Below, piece by piece: positions 20,233-29,352 of a stretch of 64,000 bases of DNA. Within the stretch, counting starts at the first letter, position 1, and each line of letters starts with the position of its first letter. The stretch is from an uncultured Gammaproteobacteria bacterium (lineage in GTDB: Bacteria; Pseudomonadota; Gammaproteobacteria; UBA9214): positions 96,001-160,000 of the forward strand of contig CAVYZN010000011.1 of assembly GCA_963773065.1 (NCBI GenBank), written 5' to 3'. The notes beneath the pieces are model-generated. The model saw only the letters and a program-made list of their open reading frames with translations, was not told the origin of the DNA and ran no database searches. A program made the position numbers and the translations under genes.

Positions 20233-20500
20233 CAGCATCGCGAAGGGTCTGCGTGAGGCCATTGACCTCAACAAGGGCAAGCCTGTCGCCGCAAAGACCC
20301 ACCGCCCTGAAGAAATCGACGTTGCACAGTTGCGCCACAGCTTAGGTTTGACGCAGACTGAGTTTGCAGCCAAATTCTGCATCAGCCTTGGCACGCTTCG
20401 GCATTGGGAGCGAGGCGATCGAAAGCCTCATGGCCCTGCCCTTGCCTTGCTGCACATCGTAGCCAAGGAGCCTAAAGCCGTTCTTAGAGCTTTGGGCTAA
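20216..20500 (+). CDS. higA: HigA-type XRE-HTH antitoxin
   Basis: MAKAYDSIAKGLREAI...LGLTQTEFAAKFCISLGTLRHWERG.RKP.GPA.ALL..VAKEP. Confidence 0.88.
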   Translation: MAKAYDSIAKGLREAIDLNKGKPVAAKTHRPEEIDVAQLRHSLGLTQTEFAAKFCISLGTLRHWERGDRKPHGPALALLHIVAKEPKAVLRALG

Positions 20501-20555
20501 CAAGTCATTCAACAGAACGCTTTAAAGCGGTGCTCCTTCGTCACCACCGCGTTGC
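20495..20555 (+). mobile_element. Truncated attC site
   Basis: GGCTAAC-aagtcattcaac overlaps the higA stop; central cggtg-ctccttcgtcac-caccg hairpin; right arm missing. Confidence 0.55.
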
Positions 20556-20557
20556 GG

Positions 20558-20707
20558 TTACGTGGTCTCAGCAAGCCGCAATACAGGCTTCGAGTTGATG
20601 AATGGTGTATCTTTTATGATGTGTCCGGATCGACGGTGGAGATTCTGGCGATAGTGCAAAAATCGGAGGCAGAGTCATGGCTGGCGCAGTTCGGAAATCA
20701 CGAGTAA
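20558..20707 (+). pseudogene. 3' remnant of a RelE/ParE toxin
   Basis: Translates LRGLSKPQYRLRVDEWCIFYDVSGSTVEILAIVQKSEAESWLAQFGNHE*; no 5' half present. Confidence 0.7.
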
Positions 20708-20960
20708 AGAAGGCTTCCTTATCGGAAGTTAAAGATGATTTATCCAGGTTTCTCCGTGAAGCAGAGAAACAAGATGTTCTCATAACCCGTCATGGCAAGC
20801 CGGCAGGCATCCTGATTGGGTTTGCATCTGAAGAGGATTGGTTTGATTATCGCTTGGAAAACGATCCAAGTTTTCTGGAGAGAATTGAATCTGCCCGAGC
20901 AAGTTTGCGTGCAGGGCGCGGAGTGAGGCTTGGAAGATGTAAAAATCAAGTGACGCCGCG
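20704..20960 (+). pseudogene. Phd/YefM antitoxin (start codon altered, frameshift near end)
   Basis: KKASLSEVKDDLSRFLREAEKQDVLITRHGKPAGILIG; the expected start reads GTA. Confidence 0.75.
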
Positions 20961-21029
20961 CTCTAACAACACGATTGACTGGGACGCGTCGCAAAAGACG
21001 CGCCGCGCTCGTCATCGTAGTCGTTAGAA
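20961..21029 (+). mobile_element. attC site
   Basis: CTCTAAC aacacgattgac...gcgtcgcaaaagacgc...gtcatcgtagtc GTTAGAA; 69 bp with complementary R''/R' and L boxes. Confidence 0.8.
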
Positions 21030-21211
21030 ACCGTTCAGTGACGGCCGAGGTCATCCAGCTTTTGACTCAGGGGCTGCAGGCGCGCGAGGCCCGCCGCAGC
21101 GCCGCCGCGCTCGTTGACCGCATCCGGAGTCGGACTCGGAAAGTCGCGCTTCCCCGTGGATGGACGGATTCGGTTGATCTGATCCGCGAGGACCGCCGCC
21201 GGTGAATCCGG
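21027..21211 (+). pseudogene. Diverged 3'-half copy of the RHH antitoxin plus the first codons of vapC
   Basis: Matches about 17532-17716 (NRSVTAEVIQLL...IREDRRR*, gtgaatccgg), then jumps directly to the pit RBS. Confidence 0.85.
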
Positions 21212-21223
21212 CCAGGAGACTGC

Positions 21224-22264
21224 GTGGATCCCGTTTTCGTGGTGGCCGTGATAACCGTCGCGGTGATTATCATCTTCGATTACACCAACGGCTTTCACGA
21301 TGCCTCCAATATCGTGGCCACGATAATCGCCTCGCGGGCCATGACGCCGGTTCAGGCCGTGATCCTCACGGCGCTGTTCGAATTCCTGGGGCCGCTGCTC
21401 GGCGGTACGGCGGTGGCCAATACCATCGGTAACTTCGTCGCCATCGGCGATCTGCCGCAATTGCCCGCGCTGATCATCATCCTGTGCGGCATCGCGGGCG
21501 CCATCGCCTGGAATATCCTCACCTGGTGGTTCGGTATCCCTTCCTCGTCATCCCATGCGCTCGTGGGCGGACTGGTCGGCGTGGTGATGGCGGCCGCGGG
21601 ACACGACCACGTGGTCTGGGGAGTGCGTGAACTCGCCCAGGGGCATCTGACCGGTGTGACCAAGATCGTGCTCGCCCTGGTCATTTCTCCCGTCATCGGG
21701 TTCTGGTCGGGGTTTTTCATACACCGCTGGATGGGTTTTCTGCTGCGCGGGGCCCGTCCCTCGGTCAACAAATACCTGCGGCGGGTGCAGTTCCTTACCG
21801 CGGCGGGGCTGGCGTTTTCCCACGGCGCCAATGACGCCCAGAAGAGCATGGGCGTCATCACCCTGGTGCTGCTGCTCGGGGGCTACATCGGCGAGTTCCA
21901 TGTTCCCTTCTGGGTGGTGCTGGCCTGCGCCAGCGCGATGACCCTGGGCATCATGTCGGGCGGCTGGCGCATCGTGCGCACCGTGGGTTTCGGCATCTAC
22001 AAGGTGCGGCCGCTGCATGCCGTGGACGCCCAGATCACGGCGGCATCGGTCATCTTCGGTTCCGCCCTGCTGGGCGCACCGGTTTCCACCACCCACGTGG
22101 TGAGCTCGTCCATCATGGGCATCGGCGCATCGGAACGGCCGAAGGCGGTGCGCTGGGCCAAGGCCAGGGAGATCGTCAGCACCTGGATCATCACCCTACC
22201 CGGCGCTGCCCTGGTGTCCGTGCTGGTTTTTTATTCGGTTCGCTTGGTGACCGGCCTGATATGA
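21224..22264 (+). CDS. pit: Inorganic phosphate transporter, PiT family
   Basis: NGFHDASN, GIPSSSSHALVGG, HGANDAQK, PVSTTH signature motifs. Confidence 0.93.
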   Translation: MDPVFVVAVITVAVIIIFDYTNGFHDASNIVATIIASRAMTPVQAVILTALFEFLGPLLGGTAVANTIGNFVAIGDLPQLPALIIILCGIAGAIAWNILTWWFGIPSSSSHALVGGLVGVVMAAAGHDHVVWGVRELAQGHLTGVTKIVLALVISPVIGFWSGFFIHRWMGFLLRGARPSVNKYLRRVQFLTAAGLAFSHGANDAQKSMGVITLVLLLGGYIGEFHVPFWVVLACASAMTLGIMSGGWRIVRTVGFGIYKVRPLHAVDAQITAASVIFGSALLGAPVSTTHVVSSSIMGIGASERPKAVRWAKAREIVSTWIITLPGAALVSVLVFYSVRLVTGLI

Positions 22265-22333
22265 GGCCGATTCCCGTCATGGTCAGGCGCTATCGTCATA
22301 ACCGGCCTTGCGGCCGGGAAGGAGGAATCAACG

Positions 22334-23033
22334 ATGAGCGGTAAAGGCACTTCCCGGATTGCCCGGCTGGTCGACCGGGTGTTCCCGCGCATGCCCGATT
22401 TCTATTCCCTGATCGACGATCAGTGCAATCTCACCGTGGAAACAATGGTGGAGTTCGTGAAATACATGGAGACCGGGGACCCGGCATGCGCTGACAAGGT
22501 GCGTGAACTCGAAAAGCGGGGTGATCTCCTCAAGGCCCGCAATAACGAGATTCTCGACAAGGCCTTTGCCACGCCCATGGATCGTGAAGACATCTTCCGG
22601 GCCATCGTCAGCATCGACCAGATCATCAACTACGCCAAGACCAGCGTGCGCGAGATGGAAGTTCTTGAGCTACGGCCGGACAAATACATGCTGCAGATGG
22701 CGATGCTGCTGCAGGAAGGCGCGATCGCCCTGCAGCAGGGTTTCCGGAAGCTTTCCATCAATCCCGCCGCCGCCGAGGCGCACGCCCAGGCCGCGCGCAA
22801 GGCCGAGCGCCGTATCGAGAAAGTCTACCGAAGCGCGATCGGCGAGTTGTTCAATCTCGAGCGGATAGCCGGGCCGCTGGCGAGCCCGGCGGATGACGCC
22901 ATCGAAGGCGGCGATGGTGAATATCATCGAGATATTCAAACACCGGGAAATCTACCGGCATCTCTCCAATGGCGGCGACCGGCTGGCGCATGCCGGCGAT
23001 AACCTGCACGACATCGTGGTCAAGATTGCCTGA
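22334..23033 (+). CDS. DUF47 (PhoU-like) Pit accessory protein (frameshift near 22905)
   Basis: ELEKRGD, FATPMDREDI. The C-terminus REIYRHLSN.GD......L.DIVVKIA* is in a shifted frame. Directly downstream of pit. Confidence 0.85.
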
Positions 23034-23083
23034 ATGACTCTTTGATATTGCAGACGTCGGGGTGCCGGTTGTACCGCCTGGAA

Positions 23084-25369
23084 TCAAGCGCCTTTCTGCA
23101 GGCGCTTGTGAAAATGATACAGCAGTTTCTGGCGCAGTTTCGCCTGCTGGTGCTTGGAAGCCGCGGACATGCGTTTTTGCGCCAGCTCGATGAAGGTTTC
23201 CTGGGAACTGCGCGATGCCTTGCCGGTTGTTTCCTGGCGCTCGATATAACTCCCGTCCGCCTGCATCTCCCAGACATTGCGGCGGCTCGATAACTGAACA
23301 TCGAGTATCAGACGCAACTCCTGGCGCAGCTTCGGGTCCTCGACCGGCGCGACGACCTCCACGCGGCTTTCGAGATTGCGCAGCATCAGGTCCGCGGAGC
23401 CGATGAAGTACTCCTCGGCCCCGCCGTTCCTGAAATAATAGATCCGCGCATGCTCCAGAAATCTTCCCACCACGCTGATGACCTGGACAGTTTCCGTGAG
23501 GCCCGGAATGCACGGGCGCAAGCGGCAGGTATCGCGCACGATGAGGTCTATCTTGACGCCGGATTGGGCCGCGCGATACAGCGCGCGGGTGATGTCCACA
23601 TCCTCCAGGGCATTTATCTTGAGCTGGATGAGCCCGGGGGACTCGCTCGTATGAAGCTTGATCTCGCGGTCGATCTTGTCCAGCAGCGCCTTTTTCAGGG
23701 TATAGGGTGAGGTCAGGATCTTGCGGTAGCGCGGCGGCGGGGAATACCCGGTCAGGTAGTTGAACAGCTCGGTCAGGTCCTGGGTGATCCCGGCGTCGGC
23801 GGTCAGCATGCCAAGATCGCAGTACAGGCGGGCGGTTCCCGCGTGATAATTGCCGGTTCCGATGTGGGCGTAGCGGCGCAGGCCGTTATAGTCCTTGCGC
23901 ACGACGAGTATGACCTTGCTGTGGGTCTTGAGGCCGACCACGCCATAGGTGACGTGAATGCCGGCCTGTTCCATGCGCCGCGCCCAGCGGATATTGGCGG
24001 CCTCGTCGAAGCGGGCCTTGAGCTCAACCAGCACCGCGACCTGCTTGCCGTTACGCGCCGCCTTGATGAGCGATTCGACGGTATTGCTTTCCGAAGACGT
24101 GCGATACAGCGTCATCTTTATCGCCAGCACCTTGGGATCCTCGCTCGCCGTGCGCAGGAAACGCTCGACGCTGGTGCTGAACGACTCGTAGGGGTGCTGC
24201 AGCAGCATCGCGCCGCGTTCCCGTATAATATGGAAGATGTTGCGGGTATCGTGCGCCAGGCGGTTATGGTCGACCGGCTTGTGGGGCGGGTCGTGCAATT
24301 CGGGAATATCCAGGCCGGCGATCTCGAACAGGTCGCGCATGCCCATCATCGCCTCGGCTTCGAATACATCGGCTTCTTCGTTCAGGCCGAGTTCCGCGGC
24401 CAGCATGCCACGGTTGGTCGGGTTCATGCCCTTGTCGACCTGCAGGCGGACGATGGGTGCAAAATGGCGATCACGCAACTCGGTCTCGATCATCGCCAGC
24501 AGGTCATCCGCTTCCTCTTCCTCTATCTCGACGATGGCATTGCGCGTCACCTTGAAGAGCTCGCAGGATATGATCTGCATGCCCGGGAACAGCAGGTCGA
24601 GGTTGTTGGCGATCAAATCATCGAGCCTGACGAAGGTGTTGCTGCTGCCGACGGCCACGAAGCGCGGCGCGATATCCTTGACCATCGGCACCTTGACGCG
24701 GGCGTAGTGACTGCCGCTGCTGCCGGGATAACACAGTGTCACAAGCAGGTTCAACGCCAGGTTCGAGATAAACGGAAAGGGATGGCCCGGGTCCATGGCA
24801 AGCGGCGTCAGCAGCGGGAAGATGTTGGCGATGAACTTCTCCCGCAGTTCTTCCCGTTCGGCGTCGGACAGTTGCGTGTACGTGACGAGGCGGATGCCCT
24901 TCGCATCAAGCAGTTCGAGCAACTGATGAAAGATCTGGTTCTGCTCGCGGTGCAGCTCCCTCACCATCACCTGGCTTAAGCGCATCTGTTCCATGGGTGT
25001 GCGGCCATCGACGGTCGGCGCGCTGATGCCGGCGGCGATCTGCTGCTTCAGTCCGCCGATGCGCTTCATGAAAAATTCATCCAGATTGCTGCTGACGATG
25101 GCCAGGAACTTGACGCGCTCGAGCAGGGGTGTCTGCGCATCGGCGGCCATGTGCAGCACACGGCGGTTGAATTCCAGCCAAGTCAGTTCCCGATTGAGAT
25201 ATAGCTCGGGAGCATTGATGTCAATGACGGCAGGCTTCGGAACATCCGTCGCGGTTGCGGCACGAACGCCTGTTGTTTGTGTGGATCCCGGGGTCTTCCT
25301 GCGTGGCGCGGCGCGGCCGGCTGCCCGCGCCGGGGCCGTATCCTGGGTAGTTGCCGGGGTCTTATCCAT
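23084..25369 (-). CDS. ppk1: Polyphosphate kinase 1
   Basis: YLNRELTWLEFNRRVL, SNLDEFFM, HPFPFISN, HPYESF, ELKARFDE, LKTHSK, GTGNY, GRFLEH, GSADLM.RNL. Confidence 0.97.
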   Translation of the reverse strand: MDKTPATTQDTAPARAAGRAAPRRKTPGSTQTTGVRAATATDVPKPAVIDINAPELYLNRELTWLEFNRRVLHMAADAQTPLLERVKFLAIVSSNLDEFFMKRIGGLKQQIAAGISAPTVDGRTPMEQMRLSQVMVRELHREQNQIFHQLLELLDAKGIRLVTYTQLSDAEREELREKFIANIFPLLTPLAMDPGHPFPFISNLALNLLVTLCYPGSSGSHYARVKVPMVKDIAPRFVAVGSSNTFVRLDDLIANNLDLLFPGMQIISCELFKVTRNAIVEIEEEEADDLLAMIETELRDRHFAPIVRLQVDKGMNPTNRGMLAAELGLNEEADVFEAEAMMGMRDLFEIAGLDIPELHDPPHKPVDHNRLAHDTRNIFHIIRERGAMLLQHPYESFSTSVERFLRTASEDPKVLAIKMTLYRTSSESNTVESLIKAARNGKQVAVLVELKARFDEAANIRWARRMEQAGIHVTYGVVGLKTHSKVILVVRKDYNGLRRYAHIGTGNYHAGTARLYCDLGMLTADAGITQDLTELFNYLTGYSPPPRYRKILTSPYTLKKALLDKIDREIKLHTSESPGLIQLKINALEDVDITRALYRAAQSGVKIDLIVRDTCRLRPCIPGLTETVQVISVVGRFLEHARIYYFRNGGAEEYFIGSADLMLRNLESRVEVVAPVEDPKLRQELRLILDVQLSSRRNVWEMQADGSYIERQETTGKASRSSQETFIELAQKRMSAASKHQQAKLRQKLLYHFHKRLQKGA

Positions 25370-25629
25370 TGAAGAAGCATCTGTTGGGGTTGGGTTAAAT
25401 TATACCAATTATACCCTAGATAATAGGAGGCAAGCCGTTCAGGATCCCGGCAATGGGACCGCCGCGGGGCAGCGCTGGATTGTGATTACAGGGCCGACTG
25501 GCGTGATACGGACACCCTCATACCAGGCTGTCATCCGCCGGTGAGAGAGCGTCCGTATCACGCCGATAGCGTCGGGTTGCTGATGCGCCCTCGGGCGCAG
25601 AGGATATTTTCTGTCCCGGCGCCTGAAAC

Positions 25630-26697
25630 TTACATCGTGGTCAACGGTATTGACAGGCCCGAGGTGGACAAGAACGTCCTGGCGAGAAACTCTTCCCGCG
25701 GGAATCTGGCCAGGGTAACGACGCGCGGCAGTAGTTCACCAATGCTGACCTCGGTCAGATTGAGGGTGTTGCAGGGTTGTGTTGCCGCCGCATCGATTTT
25801 GATGCCCATCTTGTTCAGCCTGAGCGTTGACTCCTGCAGCCGGACGAACTTTTCCGGATTGCTGAACACCTCCACCACCTGCTCGAGGCTGACCTGCGGC
25901 GTTGCCAGATGGATTTTCCTCAAATCCTCCTCGGTCTTTTCGAGTTTGAGCTTTAGTTCTTCAATTTCACGTTTGCCGTCAATCTCGGATGTCGGCCGCT
26001 CGATCTGCTTGTCCAGCATATACTGGGCATGCCGCAGTCTTGCCTGCAGCATTTGACGTTCGTTTTGCAGACGCTGGTTCGACAGTCTGAGTTGTACGAC
26101 ACGCTCCAAGGTGTTGGTGACCAGACCTTCAAACAGGCATTGTTTCAGCCCTTGCCGCGTTTCCGCTTCGGTCGATGCCGGTGAATAGATCCGGTGATCC
26201 GAGAAGTTCACCGCGATCTGCTTCACGTCCTTTTTCAGGATATCGCCGTCAAGCTCTACGCCCAGAACGGTTTTTTCCGTCTTGCGCATACAAAGCAGGG
26301 CGCAGCATTGTGTGATTTCCCCCTGCGCGATATCTTCCATGAACTCCCGTATTTCCGAACTCTGGGAGAAAATCGTCTGCACATCCCGGGTGTTTGAAAA
26401 GAAAGCATTGACGTAGGGATCGGAGACAAACGTTCTGCTGCTGACTTCTATCGCCCCGGGGAAGCGATCGATCAGGGCGTCGGTGAAGTCGAGGGAATTT
26501 CTTATGACATGCTGAAGTTTCTTCCTGTAACCGCTGACCAGACGTATTCTGCCGTCGATGCCGTCGATGACCCTTTCCACAGTCATCGCAATATCGGGAT
26601 ACTGATCCTGCCGGGGGTCTTTGTCGTGTTGTTTGTATTGCAGGACGTTACGCAGACCGGATAGTTTCATATCGGGGAATAGCTTCATACTGTTCAT
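25630..26697 (-). CDS. Hypothetical protein with coiled-coil segment
   Basis: 355-aa ORF preceded by a gaggag RBS; no recognisable motif. Confidence 0.7.
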   Translation of the reverse strand: MNSMKLFPDMKLSGLRNVLQYKQHDKDPRQDQYPDIAMTVERVIDGIDGRIRLVSGYRKKLQHVIRNSLDFTDALIDRFPGAIEVSSRTFVSDPYVNAFFSNTRDVQTIFSQSSEIREFMEDIAQGEITQCCALLCMRKTEKTVLGVELDGDILKKDVKQIAVNFSDHRIYSPASTEAETRQGLKQCLFEGLVTNTLERVVQLRLSNQRLQNERQMLQARLRHAQYMLDKQIERPTSEIDGKREIEELKLKLEKTEEDLRKIHLATPQVSLEQVVEVFSNPEKFVRLQESTLRLNKMGIKIDAAATQPCNTLNLTEVSIGELLPRVVTLARFPREEFLARTFLSTSGLSIPLTTM

Positions 26698-27169
26698 GCT
26701 CCTCTTGACCGGCGTGTTTATCCCCCGATGTGTTGTTGGGGAAATGTATTGGAAAGTTCTTATATAGTTATAGTCTTACATGGGTAGTAAGTCGGCTTTC
26801 TACCGCGACTCACTTTACCGTAACTTTTATGGAAGTTGCAATGCGAAGGACAGGATGTCCGAGTGTCGCGGAGCACATGGAAGTGCGAGAGCGGCCGGGA
26901 CTGACACACACGATCCCCTCTTTCAGGGATCAAATCGGTCATTACATTCGCGCCGTGTGCCAAGATGCAAAGGGGATGATCGCATCCTGCCGGCTTCCAC
27001 TGGATTGATTGTGATATCGTGTCCATAGTAGGCACCACGCGGTTTCCTGATCGATTCATTTATGTTACCAATGCCTTGTCAGTAGAGCCACTTTGCGGGA
27101 GCCGGACCGGGATGTGCTTGCCGGAACCGTCTGCCGCCTGGCTGGACACGACAAGCCTTCGGAAACGCA

Positions 27170-27652
27170 ATGGCGGTAGAAATAGAACGGAAGTATCTGG
27201 TCAGGAATGACGGCTGGCGCACATCGCGCACCGGGATCCGTTACCGGCAGGGATATCTGTCAACGCAACCCGGCCGCAGCGTCCGGGTGCGGGTGGGCGC
27301 GGGCAGGGGGTTTCTCACCATCAAGGGACTGATCGTTAACGCGACACGCTCCGAGTACGAGTATCCCATCCCGGTAGATGATGCCAACGAGCTGCTGAAC
27401 ACCCTCTGTCTGCGGCCGATCATCGAAAAAACCCGCTACACCATCGCACATGAAGGACTGCTCTGGGAGATCGATGAGTTCGAGGGGGTGAACGCCGGGC
27501 TGATTATCGCCGAAGTGGAACTTGCCGAGCCGGATCAGCAAATCAGGCTGCCGGACTGGGTCGGGAAGGAGGTTACCGATGACCCGCGTTATTACAATGC
27601 CTGCCTGATCGCAAATCCGTTTACAAAATGGAGCAATCGCTCATCGGGCTAG
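27170..27652 (+). CDS. CYTH domain protein (triphosphate tunnel metalloenzyme)
   Basis: EIERKYLV, QGYL, VRVR, LTIKG, R.EYEY.I, IEKTR, WEIDEF, AEVEL, EVT.DPRYYN. Confidence 0.92.
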   Translation: MAVEIERKYLVRNDGWRTSRTGIRYRQGYLSTQPGRSVRVRVGAGRGFLTIKGLIVNATRSEYEYPIPVDDANELLNTLCLRPIIEKTRYTIAHEGLLWEIDEFEGVNAGLIIAEVELAEPDQQIRLPDWVGKEVTDDPRYYNACLIANPFTKWSNRSSG

Positions 27653-27730
27653 TGTCATGACCGTCCTGACGGCGGTCATCGGCGCACCGGCCCGTGATGC
27701 GCCGACACGGCGTAACCGGCTGATTTCAGG

Positions 27731-27744
27731 TTGATACAAATCAA
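27731..27744. promoter_or_regulatory. FNR/Anr/FixK box
   Basis: Perfect TTGAT-acaa-ATCAA upstream of the ybaK-like gene. Confidence 0.75.
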
Positions 27745-27892
27745 CACATGGAATTTCCGCGTGGACTAATATTTTAACAAACGGTAATCGATGTGTGTCG
27801 CAGCGGTGCGCAGTAGCGGACCGCGGGTCGCATTCGCAATGAACGATTAAACAGAACCGCCCTTAACAAGGCGCGGGTGCGCGAAGGAGGAG

Positions 27893-28372
27893 GTGTTGAA
27901 AATGACCATGTCACTCACGCTTGAAGAATACCTGAATCAGCATAATGCAAGCTATGATCTCATCCCTCATCCGCATACGGGGAGCAGCATGGAAACGGCG
28001 GAGGAGGCGCATGTCCCGGGTATGCGGCTCGCCAAGGCAGTCGTCATCAGGGATGATGATCGGTACCTAATGGTGGTGGTGCCGTCCGCGGAGCATGTTG
28101 ATATGACGGTATTGCGCCAGCAATTCGGACACGCCGTTGTACTGGCGTCGGAAGCGGAACTGGCCGACCTGTTTCCCGATTGCGAGGTCGGCGCCGTCCC
28201 GCCGTTAGGGGCGGCCTGGGGTGTGGATACCTTCGTTGATGAGACTCTGCTTGCCGAGTCGGAGGTATTTTTCGAAGCGGGAGATCACGAGGCGGTGGTC
28301 CGGGTGACCGGTGATCAGTTCGAACGACTGCTGGAAGACGCCGAACGCGGTTATTTTGGCCGTGCGTTGTGA
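27893..28372 (+). CDS. YbaK/EbsC-family aminoacyl-tRNA deacylase-like protein
   Basis: AKAVV, LASEAEL..LFPDCEVGAVPPLG, FEAGDH. Confidence 0.88.
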   Translation: MLKMTMSLTLEEYLNQHNASYDLIPHPHTGSSMETAEEAHVPGMRLAKAVVIRDDDRYLMVVVPSAEHVDMTVLRQQFGHAVVLASEAELADLFPDCEVGAVPPLGAAWGVDTFVDETLLAESEVFFEAGDHEAVVRVTGDQFERLLEDAERGYFGRAL

Positions 28373-28543
28373 GACTGGGGCGGTAGATGACCTGCCGTTC
28401 CGAAGCCCCGGGCAGGCGCAGGGCGCCGGCCCGGATCAAGTAATAATAAACGCCGCTCACCTTGCTTCGGCCGCGGCGGCGGGTTGCTGACTACCTGGTT
28501 GGCGCCATGACGTTGTAGCAGCCTCCCCGGGTGGATGGGCGAA

Positions 28544-28981
28544 TCAGAGGCGCTCCGGCAGATGGGAACGGATCTCGTGGCTGCTGTATTGTCCCAGGTT
28601 CTTGCCGATCTCGCTGATCTCGATGCCGTTCAACGCGTTCAGGTGTTCACGCAGCAGGCCAAGAAAATGCGGCCCCGCCACCAGCAGCAGGCGGTTACAG
28701 CGGCCCTGCTTGCATCCCGCCCGCACATGCTCCGCGACCTGCTTGGCGAAGCGAATCGACTCCTGCTCCTTGGGATCCGCCGGTGTCACCATGGCGTGAC
28801 GCCCGCCCAGGCCGCTGCTGTCAAAGCTGCGCCCCGGAAGATCCGTGGTCAGATCCTGGGTACGCTCGCGTCCTTCGGGATGTACCAGTTCCGCCACTTC
28901 CTGCAACGGGCCGCGGGGATTATCGACGGTAAAAATACGGGCCTTGCTTTGGTCTGCTACGACAATCCAGGGTTTAGACAT
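28544..28981 (-). CDS. Host attachment protein (AtsE / bacterial eRF1-like family)
   Basis: WIVVADQSKARIF, DLPGRSFDS, FAKQVA, LLLVAGPHFLGLLR. Confidence 0.85.
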   Translation of the reverse strand: MSKPWIVVADQSKARIFTVDNPRGPLQEVAELVHPEGRERTQDLTTDLPGRSFDSSGLGGRHAMVTPADPKEQESIRFAKQVAEHVRAGCKQGRCNRLLLVAGPHFLGLLREHLNALNGIEISEIGKNLGQYSSHEIRSHLPERL

Positions 28982-29352
28982 GATACCTCCCGATGAGAAT
29001 CTGACGTTACCGTTACGATCATCTGCACACTTGCACCGTTCTTGCGGCATGCATGCAGATGAGTCCGCTCCTGTTTGATGGTCTCTCCCCGATTTGCCAT
29101 CTTGATCGGATTGAGAAATCTATTTATCGGCAAGGCTTGCTCCACCCCTGCCTTTCTACTTTCTCACTTGGGATGAAATGATCCGGCAGAGAGAATTAAC
29201 CACAACTTGTTTAATCATAGTATGGATAGTGGATGATGGTCTGTATGGACAAAGATCATCAATGTTGATGTGCGGATTGTCCATGGCGCGGATGATGCGA
29301 CCGGTCTGTAATGCCTTATGTCGTTCTGCCGCCGCCCGGTGAGAAATTCGGG

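Noticed and set aside
17300-21100. Complete integron or prophage
   Set aside because: No tyrosine recombinase/intI, attI or phage genes in the window.
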